Below are positions 49,541 through 59,090 of a stretch of 64,000 nucleotides of DNA, piece by piece. A program made the position numbers and the translations under genes. Where the stretch lies: NCBI GenBank assembly GCA_038896535.1, contig JAWACY010000001.1, positions 198,397 to 262,396 on the forward strand. Reading direction: 5' to 3'. Source of the stretch: Candidatus Anstonellales archaeon (lineage in GTDB: Archaea; Micrarchaeota; Micrarchaeia; Anstonellales; J096). The notes under the pieces were generated by a model that made no database searches, had not been told where the DNA came from, and saw only the letters and a list, made by a program, of their open reading frames with translations. The first letter of the stretch is position 1. The number at the start of each line of letters is the position of its first letter.

Positions 49541-50581
49541 ATGGACAACAATAAAACATGCATAAAAAGGAAAATTAAACAATTCATAAAGCATGTTGCA
49601 TTGTCATCATTATTATTTTTTGCTGGTTATGAATTAGGCAATATAAACAATGCAAATAAAATAAATAATATAAATGTCTTCAATAATTATAAGCCAAGAG
49701 CAAGCTTATTAGATAGTAATAAATGCAATTTTTTGAGTAAATTCTTTTTGCCAATTTCTAATTATGGCTATGCATGTATTGAACATGAAGTGATGAATAA
49801 TATAAAAAGTTTATTATCAAGCAAATATTATAATAATTTTGATTATTATGCAAATTATCACATATCCCTATTAGAATCACTTGAGATGAAAGAAATAAAG
49901 GCTTTGCAAGAAGTCAATGGCATTGAGTTTTTTGCAAGATATGATATTTTTACGTTAAAAACAGCTTATTATTACTTAAAAAATGGCAATAAAGACAAAA
50001 AGCCAGTGATTTTAACGGCAACATCAAAATATGATAATAATGCATTTATATCAACAGGCGAGTTAATAGGAAGCATAAGAAAAAAGTATAAAAACGATTT
50101 TTTAATAATGCCTGTTGAGGTAAATTCAAAAGAGGATTTGCTGAATAAACTAAAATTATTGACAGAAAAAATAGGCAAAATAAGCATTCTCATAATATCA
50201 GCACATGGCCTTGTTGATGGTAGAGGAATACAGCTTGGGATTGATGAAAATGGAAATAATTTATTTTTCACTATGTATGATGAATATGAGATGACTGAGA
50301 TGAAGAAATATTTATTGTATAAAAACATGCCGGCAATAGTATTAATATCTTGTTATGCCGGCATAAAAAATGGTTTTGCTGAAATGCTGGCAAAAAAAAC
50401 AAACGCTATTGTTATAGCAGCAGTTTCATATGTTTATGCCCCAGCAACGTTATTTATAAATGACAATGAGCATGGTTATGAAATTTATGGCTTTCCAGAG
50501 GAGGAAGATGATAGGTTAAGTGATTTATCATTTTATAAAGGCGAAAACTTCTGGAGGTTAAAAAGAGTAATAGTGCCATGA
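49541..50581 (+). CDS. Membrane-anchored clan-CD cysteine peptidase-like protein (caspase/legumain/CHAT-type His-Cys dyad)
   Basis: N-terminal TM (VALSSLLFFAGY). Hydrophobic strand + HG (ISILIISAHG), then ~55 aa later hydrophobic strand + Cys (PAIVLISCYAG). This is the canonical clan-CD arrangement. Confidence 0.5.
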   Translation: MDNNKTCIKRKIKQFIKHVALSSLLFFAGYELGNINNANKINNINVFNNYKPRASLLDSNKCNFLSKFFLPISNYGYACIEHEVMNNIKSLLSSKYYNNFDYYANYHISLLESLEMKEIKALQEVNGIEFFARYDIFTLKTAYYYLKNGNKDKKPVILTATSKYDNNAFISTGELIGSIRKKYKNDFLIMPVEVNSKEDLLNKLKLLTEKIGKISILIISAHGLVDGRGIQLGIDENGNNLFFTMYDEYEMTEMKKYLLYKNMPAIVLISCYAGIKNGFAEMLAKKTNAIVIAAVSYVYAPATLFINDNEHGYEIYGFPEEEDDRLSDLSFYKGENFWRLKRVIVP

Positions 50582-50644
50582 ATAAATATGAAAAAATAAA
50601 TATGAAAAATAAGATGGAAAATAAAAGAGCTTATCAAGATAAGC

Positions 50645-51124
50645 TTACCAAGGAACTTTTTTTAGACCCATTTTGTGCGCTATAACATTAGCATACTTAT
50701 GAATGAAAAATGTCAATATTAAAACCAATGCAAAAATGAATGGCTCAAAAACATAATAATAAATATTGACGAAAAGCATTGAACAAAATATAAATAATAT
50801 GTTATCAAGCCAAAATTCATTCCCTTCTTTTATACCAAGCCTTCTTTTTATTAAACTGCCAAACAAATCACCAAATATAGCTCCAATTGTTGATATTAAA
50901 CCTATGATAAATGATATGTTAAAATTATAGGGCGCATAAAAAGATATGATATATGAAACTATTACTCCAGAAGAGAATGCACTCAAAAGGCCCAGCAGCG
51001 TTTTATTGTTGCCGAATAATTTTATATTAAGCAATTTATCTATTGGTAGTTCTCCTCCAATAAAAACAGGCATTGCATTTGCAACATATGCAGGCAAAAT
51101 AAAAATGATATTTTCAATTTTCAT
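50645..51124 (-). CDS. carS: CDP-archaeol synthase
   Basis: Collinear with A. fulgidus CarS: FILPAYVANAMPVFIGGELPID, FGDLFGSLIKRRLGIKEGNEF, C-terminal AHKMGLKKVPW. ~159 aa, polytopic. Confidence 0.85.
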   Translation of the reverse strand: MKIENIIFILPAYVANAMPVFIGGELPIDKLLNIKLFGNNKTLLGLLSAFSSGVIVSYIISFYAPYNFNISFIIGLISTIGAIFGDLFGSLIKRRLGIKEGNEFWLDNILFIFCSMLFVNIYYYVFEPFIFALVLILTFFIHKYANVIAHKMGLKKVPW

Positions 51125-52035
51125 TTAAATTTCAGCCCTTGGAAATTGTTTATAAAAGATGATATAAAGCTGCTTGATTCTGAAAAAATTAAAGAACTCT
51201 GGCCTGCCCTTACTTTTATATTACATACTCCATCATCACTGCTCAAGTTAGCTAGTTCTTTTGCTTTCTTTATAGCATCTTCTTTCATACCAAGGGCATC
51301 AACAAGGCCATAAGATTTTGCCTGCCTTCCAGACATTATTCTGCCATCTGCTATTGATAAAAGCCTTTCTCTTGTTATTTTTCCTTTTCTCCCCTCTAAT
51401 ATCACATCAAGGAATTCATTATAACTTTCATTCAATAATTGCTCAACAATTGCCCTTTCATCATCGCTTAAGCCAGAAAAAAAGCTCCCCATTGATTTAT
51501 ATTTACCAGTTGTTACTGCAGTTATATTTACCCCAATTTTCTCGAGCAGCTGCCTTGCATCAGCAAATAAGGCTATTACACCAATACTTCCTGTTAATGT
51601 ATTTGGATCAGCAATTATATAATTACTGCCAGTTGCTATGTAATAACCACCACTTGCAGCTACTTCACTTAAATAAGCGACAACTGGAATTTTTGATTCT
51701 TTTATGCTCTCTCTTATTATTCTTGAACCAACAACACTGCCACCAGGAGAATTAATGACAACAACAAGTGCTTTGACATTTGGTTTTGTTTTTTCAACAT
51801 TTTTTATTGTTGATGCAATATCCTCAGCATTAGGCATGCCCTCTGCAAAAATTGAATTTGGCACCCTTTCCATAGTTATTTCCCCATTTATCTCTATTAA
51901 GCCAACGCATGGAGATAAGATTGTGGTTAAATCAGATAGGAATACAGCAATGACAATAATAGCAAATATAGCAATAATGATTATAAGTTTTGGATTTATG
52001 TTATCTTGCTGCTTTCGCCATACGTTCAATTTCAT
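51121..52035 (-). CDS. sppA: Signal peptide peptidase SppA (S49, 36K type)
   Basis: S49 motifs VVINSPGGSVVGS and AASGGYYIA with catalytic Ser; the GSIGV block. N-terminal TM. Confidence 0.85.
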   Translation of the reverse strand: MKLNVWRKQQDNINPKLIIIIAIFAIIVIAVFLSDLTTILSPCVGLIEINGEITMERVPNSIFAEGMPNAEDIASTIKNVEKTKPNVKALVVVINSPGGSVVGSRIIRESIKESKIPVVAYLSEVAASGGYYIATGSNYIIADPNTLTGSIGVIALFADARQLLEKIGVNITAVTTGKYKSMGSFFSGLSDDERAIVEQLLNESYNEFLDVILEGRKGKITRERLLSIADGRIMSGRQAKSYGLVDALGMKEDAIKKAKELANLSSDDGVCNIKVRAGQSSLIFSESSSFISSFINNFQGLKFK

Positions 52036-52603
52036 CTTTCTTCCTCACAGCAAAGCTATTTTGAGCATCATTATTAGCAGCAGCAATAATCTCATCGGCA
52101 ATGCATTCTGACAATGGCTTTTTATTGTTGAATGATTTCATAAGACTTGCTAATGCCATATGTCTTAAAGCAACATCTACCCTTCTTGTTGCAGATATAT
52201 CAACAGATATTTGATATCTAACACCGCCGACCTGCACTCTTGTTATATCTTCTCTTGGAGCAGCGTTTTCAATTGCTGTTATAAAAACTTGTACAGGATT
52301 CTTGCCAGTCTTTTTTTCAATAATTGATAGTGCATTTTCAACTATTTTTATGACTCTAAGTTTTTTTCCTTGCAGTCTGCCATGTGTCCTTATTACTTTC
52401 CCGCTTATTTTCTCACCTGTGCCTCCCCTCATAAATTTATTTATAAATCTCTCTATTATGTTTATTTTTGTTTTTGCAAACTGCTTATTTGCATGCTTTG
52501 CAAATGAATGTGGTATAACAACAGGATTTATTGAGATGACTTGTTCAATGCTCTTGTCTGAAAATGTTATGTTATCAAAACCCCATTTGTTAAATAATTT
52601 CAT
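52001..52603 (-). CDS. rps7: 30S ribosomal protein S7
   Basis: Archaeal S7 signature blocks (FINKFMRGGTGEK, ENAAPREDITR, VGGVRYQISVDIS). Confidence 0.95.
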   Translation of the reverse strand: MKLFNKWGFDNITFSDKSIEQVISINPVVIPHSFAKHANKQFAKTKINIIERFINKFMRGGTGEKISGKVIRTHGRLQGKKLRVIKIVENALSIIEKKTGKNPVQVFITAIENAAPREDITRVQVGGVRYQISVDISATRRVDVALRHMALASLMKSFNNKKPLSECIADEIIAAANNDAQNSFAVRKKDEIERMAKAAR

Positions 52604-52618
52604 ATTATCCAGCCCCCA

Positions 52619-53056
52619 TTACCTCTTTGGTTTCTCTTTCTTGCCATGCCTTAATGCTTGTAGATCAACGTTATTAACCTTTATTACTTTATACCTAACT
52701 CCTGGAATTGAACCCATCTGCCCTCTTTGGCTTCCACCAAGGCCAGCAACTATTACCTCATCATGTTCATTTATGTAAGTTATTGCTTTATCCCTGACAG
52801 CATGTGCAGTTATTATTTTTCCATTCTTTTTCAATTGCACTTTAACACATTTTACAAGTCCAGAATGTGGCTGTTTTTGTTCTAGCACAACCTTTTCAAG
52901 TACTATGCCAGAAGCCATAGGTGCGCCTTCCAATGGGTCATATATCCTCCTTAACTTAAGCTTTTTTGCTTTCCATTTTTTGCTCAACCATTTTTGCTTT
53001 TTCCTTTTTCTTAATAAATTCCTTCCAGCAAATTCTCCGTTAGTTCCTTTTCCCAT
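52619..53056 (-). CDS. rps12: 30S ribosomal protein S12
   Basis: Archaeal S12/eS23-type blocks (PHSGLVKCVKVQLKKNGKIITAH, GGSQRGQMGSIPGVRYKV). Immediately upstream of S7. Confidence 0.95.
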   Translation of the reverse strand: MGKGTNGEFAGRNLLRKRKKQKWLSKKWKAKKLKLRRIYDPLEGAPMASGIVLEKVVLEQKQPHSGLVKCVKVQLKKNGKIITAHAVRDKAITYINEHDEVIVAGLGGSQRGQMGSIPGVRYKVIKVNNVDLQALRHGKKEKPKR

Positions 53057-53229
53057 TTCCTCACCATCTTATATTTCCTCACCATCTTATTTTCCCATTT
53101 ATTTTTTTATTTATTTTTATATTTAATTGACAAAATATGAATTGATAAACCAATAAGTTATTGTATAGAAAATTATTTAAATGTATATTTGAATGAAAAA
53201 AATAAAAAAACTTTCTATATAAACAACAT

Positions 53230-53415
53230 ATGGATGAATTAGATGAATTTTATAGTGCAAATTCTGAGATAAGGTATATAACAATAGAACTCATGAAGAT
53301 AAGTGCTAGAAGAAAACAGCCATTTAGCGTAATTGCCAGAGAATTTGTAAAAAATGCAAAAATGCTACAATTTCTGATAAAAAAGAGTGCTAAGAAAAAG
53401 AAGGCAGGAAGTTAA
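53230..53415 (+). CDS. Small hypothetical protein (61 aa), possibly co-transcribed with the downstream membrane protein
   Basis: Short ORF whose stop abuts the next start at 53416; its reality is uncertain. Confidence 0.3.
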   Translation: MDELDEFYSANSEIRYITIELMKISARRKQPFSVIAREFVKNAKMLQFLIKKSAKKKKAGS

Positions 53416-55119
53416 ATGGACAAAATAGAAACAGCATTAAAATTTAGTCAATATGCATCTATATTTGGCAACACAAGATTGCTCATAATTGCATTTATTT
53501 TTATAAGTATAATAACGCTATTCTTATTTTATATATTAACAAATGATTTCGGCAAAGCTTTTAGCATTGTGCTTTATTTAATATTTTTGCCTTCTATTGC
53601 ATTCGTTTCTTTTTGGAAAATCATATTCAGAAAATATTTACTGAGCCATGCTATAATGCTTGTTATAGCTTATTCTTTCATTGTTTTTGTTATTTTTGTA
53701 ATATCAGTAATAATGAATTATAGGTTTAATGAAACAGCGACTTTTATCATGCCAGTTGTTTTTATTGCTTCTTTGGCAATTGCTTTTGTATTGACAAACA
53801 GCAAGAAAGATAGTTTTATAACAGCAATAATATTGACGAGCTTTGTTGGTTTTTCCTTTTTTAATTATCTGAGTCTTTCTTATAGGCAGGTTTTAAAAGA
53901 AATGTTTTTATCATCTCTATTTGTCTTTTTTATGGCCTTTATATCTCTAAAGCTTATTGATGCTCCATTCAAAAAGAAGTATGGGGTATCTGCTATAACA
54001 ATAGTTTCAAGCTTTTTATCTGGTTGGTTTTATGGTAATGAATCCCTTGAGAAAATGCTTGAAAGAATAGGGCAGAAAGTAAAAATAAAGGTAGTTTCTT
54101 TAAGGTTTGATTTAAAAGAAGGAAAAAAGAAAAATGTTTTTTATGCAATATTGCCATATTTCCATTTCGGCCCATTTGCAAATATTGGGAGCAGCAAGTT
54201 TCCATCAATAGCAAAGCATTATTTTAATAATGTCATTGTTTTTCATGGCACTTCAACGCATGAGCTGAATCTTGTTGATTATGATCAAAACAGGAATGTA
54301 TTAAAAGCAGTCGAAAATGCTAATTATAGAGAAGTAAAGAACGTATATATTGATAAGACATTTTATGGGGATGCAACAGCAGACCTTTTAAGTTTTGATG
54401 GGAATGCAATAGTTTTTCTTTCAAGGGCACCGAAAATAACAGAAGATATTGCATATGAAGCTGGCCTGTTATTGATGGAAAAGCTAAAAAAAGAGTTTAA
54501 TGATGCCTACATTGTTGATAGGCATGATTCACCAGCCAGCAAGATTACAACATTCTCAGTGTTTTCAGAAGAGTTTTATGACTATATAAATGCAGTAGAG
54601 CAATTAAAAAATAAAAAAGGCGTTAAGCCAAAAATAGGTTTTTGCTCCTCTCATTTAACTGCTCCAGAAGTTGATGAAGGTGGTTTGTCAGTATTATACA
54701 TAAAAGCAAATAAAGAAATAGTAATAATAAGCATAGATTCAAATGGCATATCATTGCAGGCAAGTAATTATATAAATGGCGTATGCCAAAAACTTGGTAT
54801 AGAGCCAATCATATGCACTACAGATAGTCATGGTAAAAATGTAATTGAAAATATTGTAAATGATTATAAAATTAATAACAAGGATAAAGAGATAATTAGG
54901 CAGTGTATATTAAATGCAAAAGAAAGCGCATTTAAAAGCGAGGCAAGAGTTTATTTATCAAGCCAAGACCTGAAATTAAACATAATAGGAAAGACAAACA
55001 TAGAGGACTTTATAGCTACAATTAATGCGACTTGGGCAATATTAAAATATATATTGCCATTGAGCTTCATCTTAACGCTCATTGGCCTGTTTTTCATATT
55101 AGGGGCAGTAAGTTTTTAG
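53416..55119 (+). CDS. Hypothetical polytopic membrane protein with a large C-terminal soluble domain (DUF2070-like architecture)
   Basis: About 6 N-terminal TM helices followed by a ~370-aa domain and a final C-terminal TM. 567 aa. Confidence 0.5.
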   Translation: MDKIETALKFSQYASIFGNTRLLIIAFIFISIITLFLFYILTNDFGKAFSIVLYLIFLPSIAFVSFWKIIFRKYLLSHAIMLVIAYSFIVFVIFVISVIMNYRFNETATFIMPVVFIASLAIAFVLTNSKKDSFITAIILTSFVGFSFFNYLSLSYRQVLKEMFLSSLFVFFMAFISLKLIDAPFKKKYGVSAITIVSSFLSGWFYGNESLEKMLERIGQKVKIKVVSLRFDLKEGKKKNVFYAILPYFHFGPFANIGSSKFPSIAKHYFNNVIVFHGTSTHELNLVDYDQNRNVLKAVENANYREVKNVYIDKTFYGDATADLLSFDGNAIVFLSRAPKITEDIAYEAGLLLMEKLKKEFNDAYIVDRHDSPASKITTFSVFSEEFYDYINAVEQLKNKKGVKPKIGFCSSHLTAPEVDEGGLSVLYIKANKEIVIISIDSNGISLQASNYINGVCQKLGIEPIICTTDSHGKNVIENIVNDYKINNKDKEIIRQCILNAKESAFKSEARVYLSSQDLKLNIIGKTNIEDFIATINATWAILKYILPLSFILTLIGLFFILGAVSF

Positions 55120-55161
55120 GACTTAGCTTTTATCTTATTTATCCTTTTTAGCTTATATTAA

Positions 55162-55512
55162 TCATATTTTCTTTATTCTTACAATGCCATTCTCATTGTA
55201 TATCTCCACCATCCCATTTAACGGCATTTCTATATCAACATTGCATGGAAATTCATTTTCTTTAATTGTAAAATCTTTTATTTCAGTTAATAATTGCATT
55301 GTTCTCTTACTTCCAATGCCTGATAAACATATTTCCTCAGCTCTCATCATAAGCCTTGATTTATCATAAATAGACATTTTGTGTTGCAATGCATTTTTAT
55401 AATTGCTATTCATTTCAAATATAGCAGCAGCAGTTATGGCAAAAGCTGCTATTGAGATGAGCATTAATAAAGAAAATTCAGTACTCAACTGCGCTAGCTT
55501 GTGCTTTGGCAT
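55162..55512 (-). CDS. Archaeal type IV pilin-like protein (class III signal peptide)
   Basis: N-terminal HKLA|QLSTEF followed by a hydrophobic helix, matching the prepilin peptidase (PibD/FlaK) site [KR][GA]|Q with Glu at +5. Confidence 0.6.
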   Translation of the reverse strand: MPKHKLAQLSTEFSLLMLISIAAFAITAAAIFEMNSNYKNALQHKMSIYDKSRLMMRAEEICLSGIGSKRTMQLLTEIKDFTIKENEFPCNVDIEMPLNGMVEIYNENGIVRIKKI

Positions 55513-55766
55513 TTCCCTTCAACACACTTCTCTCCTTGCTGGCAATCAAAATCTGTCATGCATGTGCTATTTATGTTAGAAGTTATTTGTGCTACCTTAT
55601 TTTCAAATGTGCTAGATGCCTGTTTTGCTCCAGAAAAAAGATTGCTAGCAACAATTGCTATTATTGCCACAATGATGACAAGCAATATTACCATCTCTGC
55701 AGAGAGCTGAGCTTTTTTACTTGCCTTTATTTTTTCCCTTCCCCTATTAATTTTTGCCAGTTGCAT
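55494..55766 (-). CDS. Archaeal type IV pilin-like protein (class III signal peptide)
   Basis: KKA|QLSAEMVILLVIIVAIIAIVA: class III signal with Gln +1 and Glu +5. C-terminal Cys-containing globular part. Confidence 0.6.
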   Translation of the reverse strand: MQLAKINRGREKIKASKKAQLSAEMVILLVIIVAIIAIVASNLFSGAKQASSTFENKVAQITSNINSTCMTDFDCQQGEKCVEGKCQSTS

Positions 55767-55788
55767 AAATAAATTTGCGTAAAAACAA

Positions 55789-56286
55789 TTAAAAAGATTT
55801 CATTATGTTGCAAAAACTACCTTTGTAATGACCAATAAAAAACAATCTTTTATTTTTATCCTTTATTACAATGTCTGCAACATCCTTATTTTCTGTAACT
55901 ATATCAGTTATTTTTTCAGCCATTCTTATATCATTGACGTTTTCTATTCTAATTGCAAGAAAGTTTTTATCCAATTCATCAATTATGTGCCCATCAATTA
56001 TATTCTCATGAAAAGGCGGTAATAAAACTGCCCTTGCGTGTATCTTTTGCAATGCTTTTGCATAATTTATATTGCTTGTCTCAACCTGTACATGTATAAA
56101 GCGCGTCAGGGCATCATAAACATCAAAATTTTTCATCTTTCCATTTTTAAGATCAATATCTATAACATGCAAAAGCTTTATGCCTTTCAAGGACTTTATT
56201 TTGTTTATGCTACCAAAATGTTTTAGTGTTTCTCCCTCTAAAAAGAATTCTTTGTCTTTTAAATACACTAAAAGCCCCTTTATCAA
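55789..56286 (-). CDS. Hypothetical protein, 165 aa
   Basis: ORF with no confident family assignment; start overlaps the apgM stop. Confidence 0.4.
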   Translation of the reverse strand: MIKGLLVYLKDKEFFLEGETLKHFGSINKIKSLKGIKLLHVIDIDLKNGKMKNFDVYDALTRFIHVQVETSNINYAKALQKIHARAVLLPPFHENIIDGHIIDELDKNFLAIRIENVNDIRMAEKITDIVTENKDVADIVIKDKNKRLFFIGHYKGSFCNIMKSF

Positions 56287-57449
56287 GAGCCCACCTTTTT
56301 TGATTTATTTATCCAGTCTTTAACAAAATTTATGAGTTCGTGCTTTTCAATACTTTGCAAGCTTCCTTTTGATGCTTCTATTTCATTGAATGCCTTTGTT
56401 TCATCTTTTCCTATACTTTGTCCATAAGCAGTTATTATTGCTCCATGCGCGCTATGCCTTTTTAATTGCCATGGAGTAGCATGGTCACCAGTTATTATAA
56501 TTGCATCAAATTCATTTGAAATATGCTTTATTAATTCCCTATCTATTTTTTCATATGCTTTTATTTTTCCTTCTTCATTGCCATCATGTCCAAAATTATC
56601 TGCTGCTTTAACATGTATAAATACTATATCATTCATCTCTTTTGCCTTTATTGCCTCTCTTGCCTTTTCATAATAATTGCTTTTTATATCTCCAGTAGCA
56701 TTTTTTATGTTTTTTGCTTTCATGCCAACAAATCTTGCTATGCCTTTATAAAGTGCCCCTCCAGCAATCATCTCAGCATTTAATCCATGTTTATCATAAA
56801 AGTTTTGCTCTTCTTTGAACATGCCAGGCCCTCTTAATAAAAGAGCATTTGCCTTTTCATTTTGAAGCCTTCCCATTATTATGTTAACTGCTTTATTAAC
56901 AATGTCTGCTGTCTTTTTTGCTTGCTTGTTTAAAGGCATGCACTTCAGCAATTTCATTCCATCTTTCCCAGGATCTGTTGGCGAGATGTCTTTACTCAGG
57001 CCCTTGCCTTTTATCACTAAAACTCCCCTATGCTCAGTGCTGGCTTTAAATTGTATTTCATAACCATCTATGCTGAATGTTCCAATTTTTTTCTCAAGCT
57101 TTTTTGCATCTTCTGTTTTTATTCTTCCAGCCCTTCTATCTATAACAATATTGTTATCAACAATTGCAAAATTTGTCCTGAAAGCAAGGTCACCATGCTT
57201 AAGTTTTATATCAAGGCCAAGTGCTTCTAATGGGCCTCTGCCTATGTAATTTTTTTCGTCATAACCAAATATATAAAGATGGGCAATATCACTTCCAGGC
57301 ACTAGGCCTTTTCCTATGCTATAGAAAATGCCCTGCCTGCCTTTCTTTGCTATTTCATCTAAATACGGCACATGTGCTTTTTCCAAGGGGCTATTTCCTG
57401 GAATATTGCCAAGGCCATCAATGATAATAAGTGCTGCTTTCATATGCAA
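56283..57449 (-). CDS. apgM: 2,3-bisphosphoglycerate-independent phosphoglycerate mutase, archaeal type
   Basis: N-terminal ALIIIDGLGN, metal-binding blocks (GDHATP, HSAHG). 388 aa, typical ApgM. Confidence 0.9.
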   Translation of the reverse strand: MHMKAALIIIDGLGNIPGNSPLEKAHVPYLDEIAKKGRQGIFYSIGKGLVPGSDIAHLYIFGYDEKNYIGRGPLEALGLDIKLKHGDLAFRTNFAIVDNNIVIDRRAGRIKTEDAKKLEKKIGTFSIDGYEIQFKASTEHRGVLVIKGKGLSKDISPTDPGKDGMKLLKCMPLNKQAKKTADIVNKAVNIIMGRLQNEKANALLLRGPGMFKEEQNFYDKHGLNAEMIAGGALYKGIARFVGMKAKNIKNATGDIKSNYYEKAREAIKAKEMNDIVFIHVKAADNFGHDGNEEGKIKAYEKIDRELIKHISNEFDAIIITGDHATPWQLKRHSAHGAIITAYGQSIGKDETKAFNEIEASKGSLQSIEKHELINFVKDWINKSKKVGS

Positions 57450-57491
57450 TTTTTGTTGAATAATTTTAAAAAGGTTGTTTTATATAAAATT

Positions 57492-58145
57492 ATGGCAAGG
57501 GCAATAAAAAATGAAGATAAAAGCAAAAGCATTGCAGTAATAACTAAAGGATATGGCCATGGTAATACTGAAAAATCTGCTCTTGATTCAGCATTAAGGC
57601 AAGCAGGGATATGTGATTTTAATTTAATACCATTAACATCTATTTTGCCATTTGACTGCTATATTTATCATGTTGATTTAAGGAATTTGCTTTATACGAA
57701 CGCATGCCTTGATGTATACGGAGTTTGTTTAAATGGCATTATATCAATATATGTCGGAAAAGGCAAGGCAAGTGCCGGCCTAGCAATGTCTGTAAATGAT
57801 TATTGTCCATTTATTATTGAAGCGCATGCACAGAATGTGGCTAAATGCTATGACATGTTGCAAACTGGAGCAAGCGAAATGCTTGAAAACAGGCTTTCTA
57901 GCTGGCCTTTTTTCCTGAAAAAACATGAGATAGAAGAAGAAAAAAAGAAAACAAAATATTTTGTAGTAAGCGCTGGCTCAAGAAAGCATAAATTCACTGC
58001 TTGTGTTTCTGCTTTGCTATTTATACAAAATAAACAATTGTTAAATTTAATAAGAAATGCAGAAGAAAAAGATAGGAAATTTGTTTGTGCAACACCATCA
58101 AAGCAAGATGGAAGAAATAAAATTATTAATTTATTAAAAAGATAG
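57492..58145 (+). CDS. pdaD: Pyruvoyl-dependent arginine decarboxylase
   Basis: GYGHGNTEKSALDSALRQAGICDFNLIPLTSILP aligns to the PdaD self-cleavage/active-site region (..NAGIGNVNLIRISSIMP). I take the start at MARAIK (ATG 57492), not the upstream in-frame ATG that overlaps apgM. Confidence 0.75.
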   Translation: MARAIKNEDKSKSIAVITKGYGHGNTEKSALDSALRQAGICDFNLIPLTSILPFDCYIYHVDLRNLLYTNACLDVYGVCLNGIISIYVGKGKASAGLAMSVNDYCPFIIEAHAQNVAKCYDMLQTGASEMLENRLSSWPFFLKKHEIEEEKKKTKYFVVSAGSRKHKFTACVSALLFIQNKQLLNLIRNAEEKDRKFVCATPSKQDGRNKIINLLKR

Positions 58146-58217
58146 CCCCCGCCGGGATTTGAACCCGGGCCTCAGGCTCCGCAGGCCTGCGTTCAGTCCA
58201 AGCTAAACTACGAGGGC
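58144..58217 (-). tRNA. tRNA-Arg (anticodon GCG)
   Basis: Reverse complement folds: acceptor GCCCTCG/CGGGGGC (one G-U), anticodon stem CAGGC/GCCTG with loop CTGCGGA, T-arm CCGGG-TTCAAAT-CCCGG, discriminator T. Confidence 0.8.
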
Positions 58218-58515
58218 TTTGGCCCTGTTTAATATGTTAATATGAATATAATTATTCTTAATTTTTACTCTTGTTTATGTATTCTTGTTTATGTGTTTAT
58301 ATCTACTTTACATATTTTTTCTGTCTTTAATAGTGCTTTTTAATAAGTGCTGGGATGATATTTAGAATGATATTTAAGGAGTAAAATGTTAATGCGAGAT
58401 ATCTGCAAGGATATCATGCAAGATTAGAATAATTAAAATAAAAAGATTAAAATAAAAAAAGAAATAAAAAATAAAAACCAGTTATTTTTTTAATGCTTAT
58501 CTATGCTATGTTCTT

Positions 58516-58806
58516 TTACTTTTTTGCAAGAATGATCTCTATTGCAGAGACCCTGCTTACTTTCCCATCTTCGCTTGTTAATTCTTCTGTCCCTATTTTC
58601 ACATCCTTTACTTCCACATTTGGCAGATATTTGTTCCTTAAAACTTCTGCAACTGTTATGGCCTTTGCTGTTAGCTTGCCCCTTGCCTTTATATAAACTT
58701 CTTTTGATCCCTGATTAAATTGTGTAAGGGCAGCCAACACATAGCCCATTGCAGCTTTTTTCCCTACATATATCACGTTGTCATCCTTTTTTTGCTGTTC
58801 AGTCAT
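58516..58806 (-). CDS. albA: Chromatin protein Alba
   Basis: VIYVGKKAAMGYVLAALTQF, IKARGKLTAKAITVAEVLRN and RVSAIEIIL are near-canonical Alba/Sso10b blocks. Start taken at MTEQQ. Confidence 0.9.
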   Translation of the reverse strand: MTEQQKKDDNVIYVGKKAAMGYVLAALTQFNQGSKEVYIKARGKLTAKAITVAEVLRNKYLPNVEVKDVKIGTEELTSEDGKVSRVSAIEIILAKK

Positions 58807-58906
58807 TTTTTCACCCCTGTTTTCGCTCTTAATTATTATTATCAGAAACATTTAAAAACCAATAAATAGCCGCAAGAAATAAAATAACTGCAATAAATAA
58901 TTGGTG

Positions 58907-58979
58907 CGCCCTGGGGAGGACTTGAACCTCCGACCTACCGGTTAACAGCCGGTCGCTCTACCAACTGAGCTACCAGGGC
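58907..58979 (-). tRNA. tRNA-Asn (anticodon GTT)
   Basis: Reverse complement: acceptor GCCCTGG/CCAGGGC, anticodon stem ACCGG/CCGGT with loop CTGTTAA, T-arm GGAGG-TTCAAGT-CCTCC, discriminator G. Confidence 0.85.
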
Positions 58980-59090
58980 ATAGGGATTTTAGATAAAATT
59001 AAAGTAAATTATAAAGAAAAATATTTTTAATACATTATTCATTACATATTCATTACATTATTCCTTACATTAATCATTGTTTTTTATTTT

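Noticed and set aside
58221-58515. AT-rich spacer between tRNA-Arg and albA searched for a structured ncRNA (RNase P, SRP, C/D or H/ACA sRNA)
   Set aside because: No conserved boxes (RUGAUGA/CUGA, ACA after a hairpin) or convincing helices were found by eye, only short direct repeats (ttgtttatgt x2).
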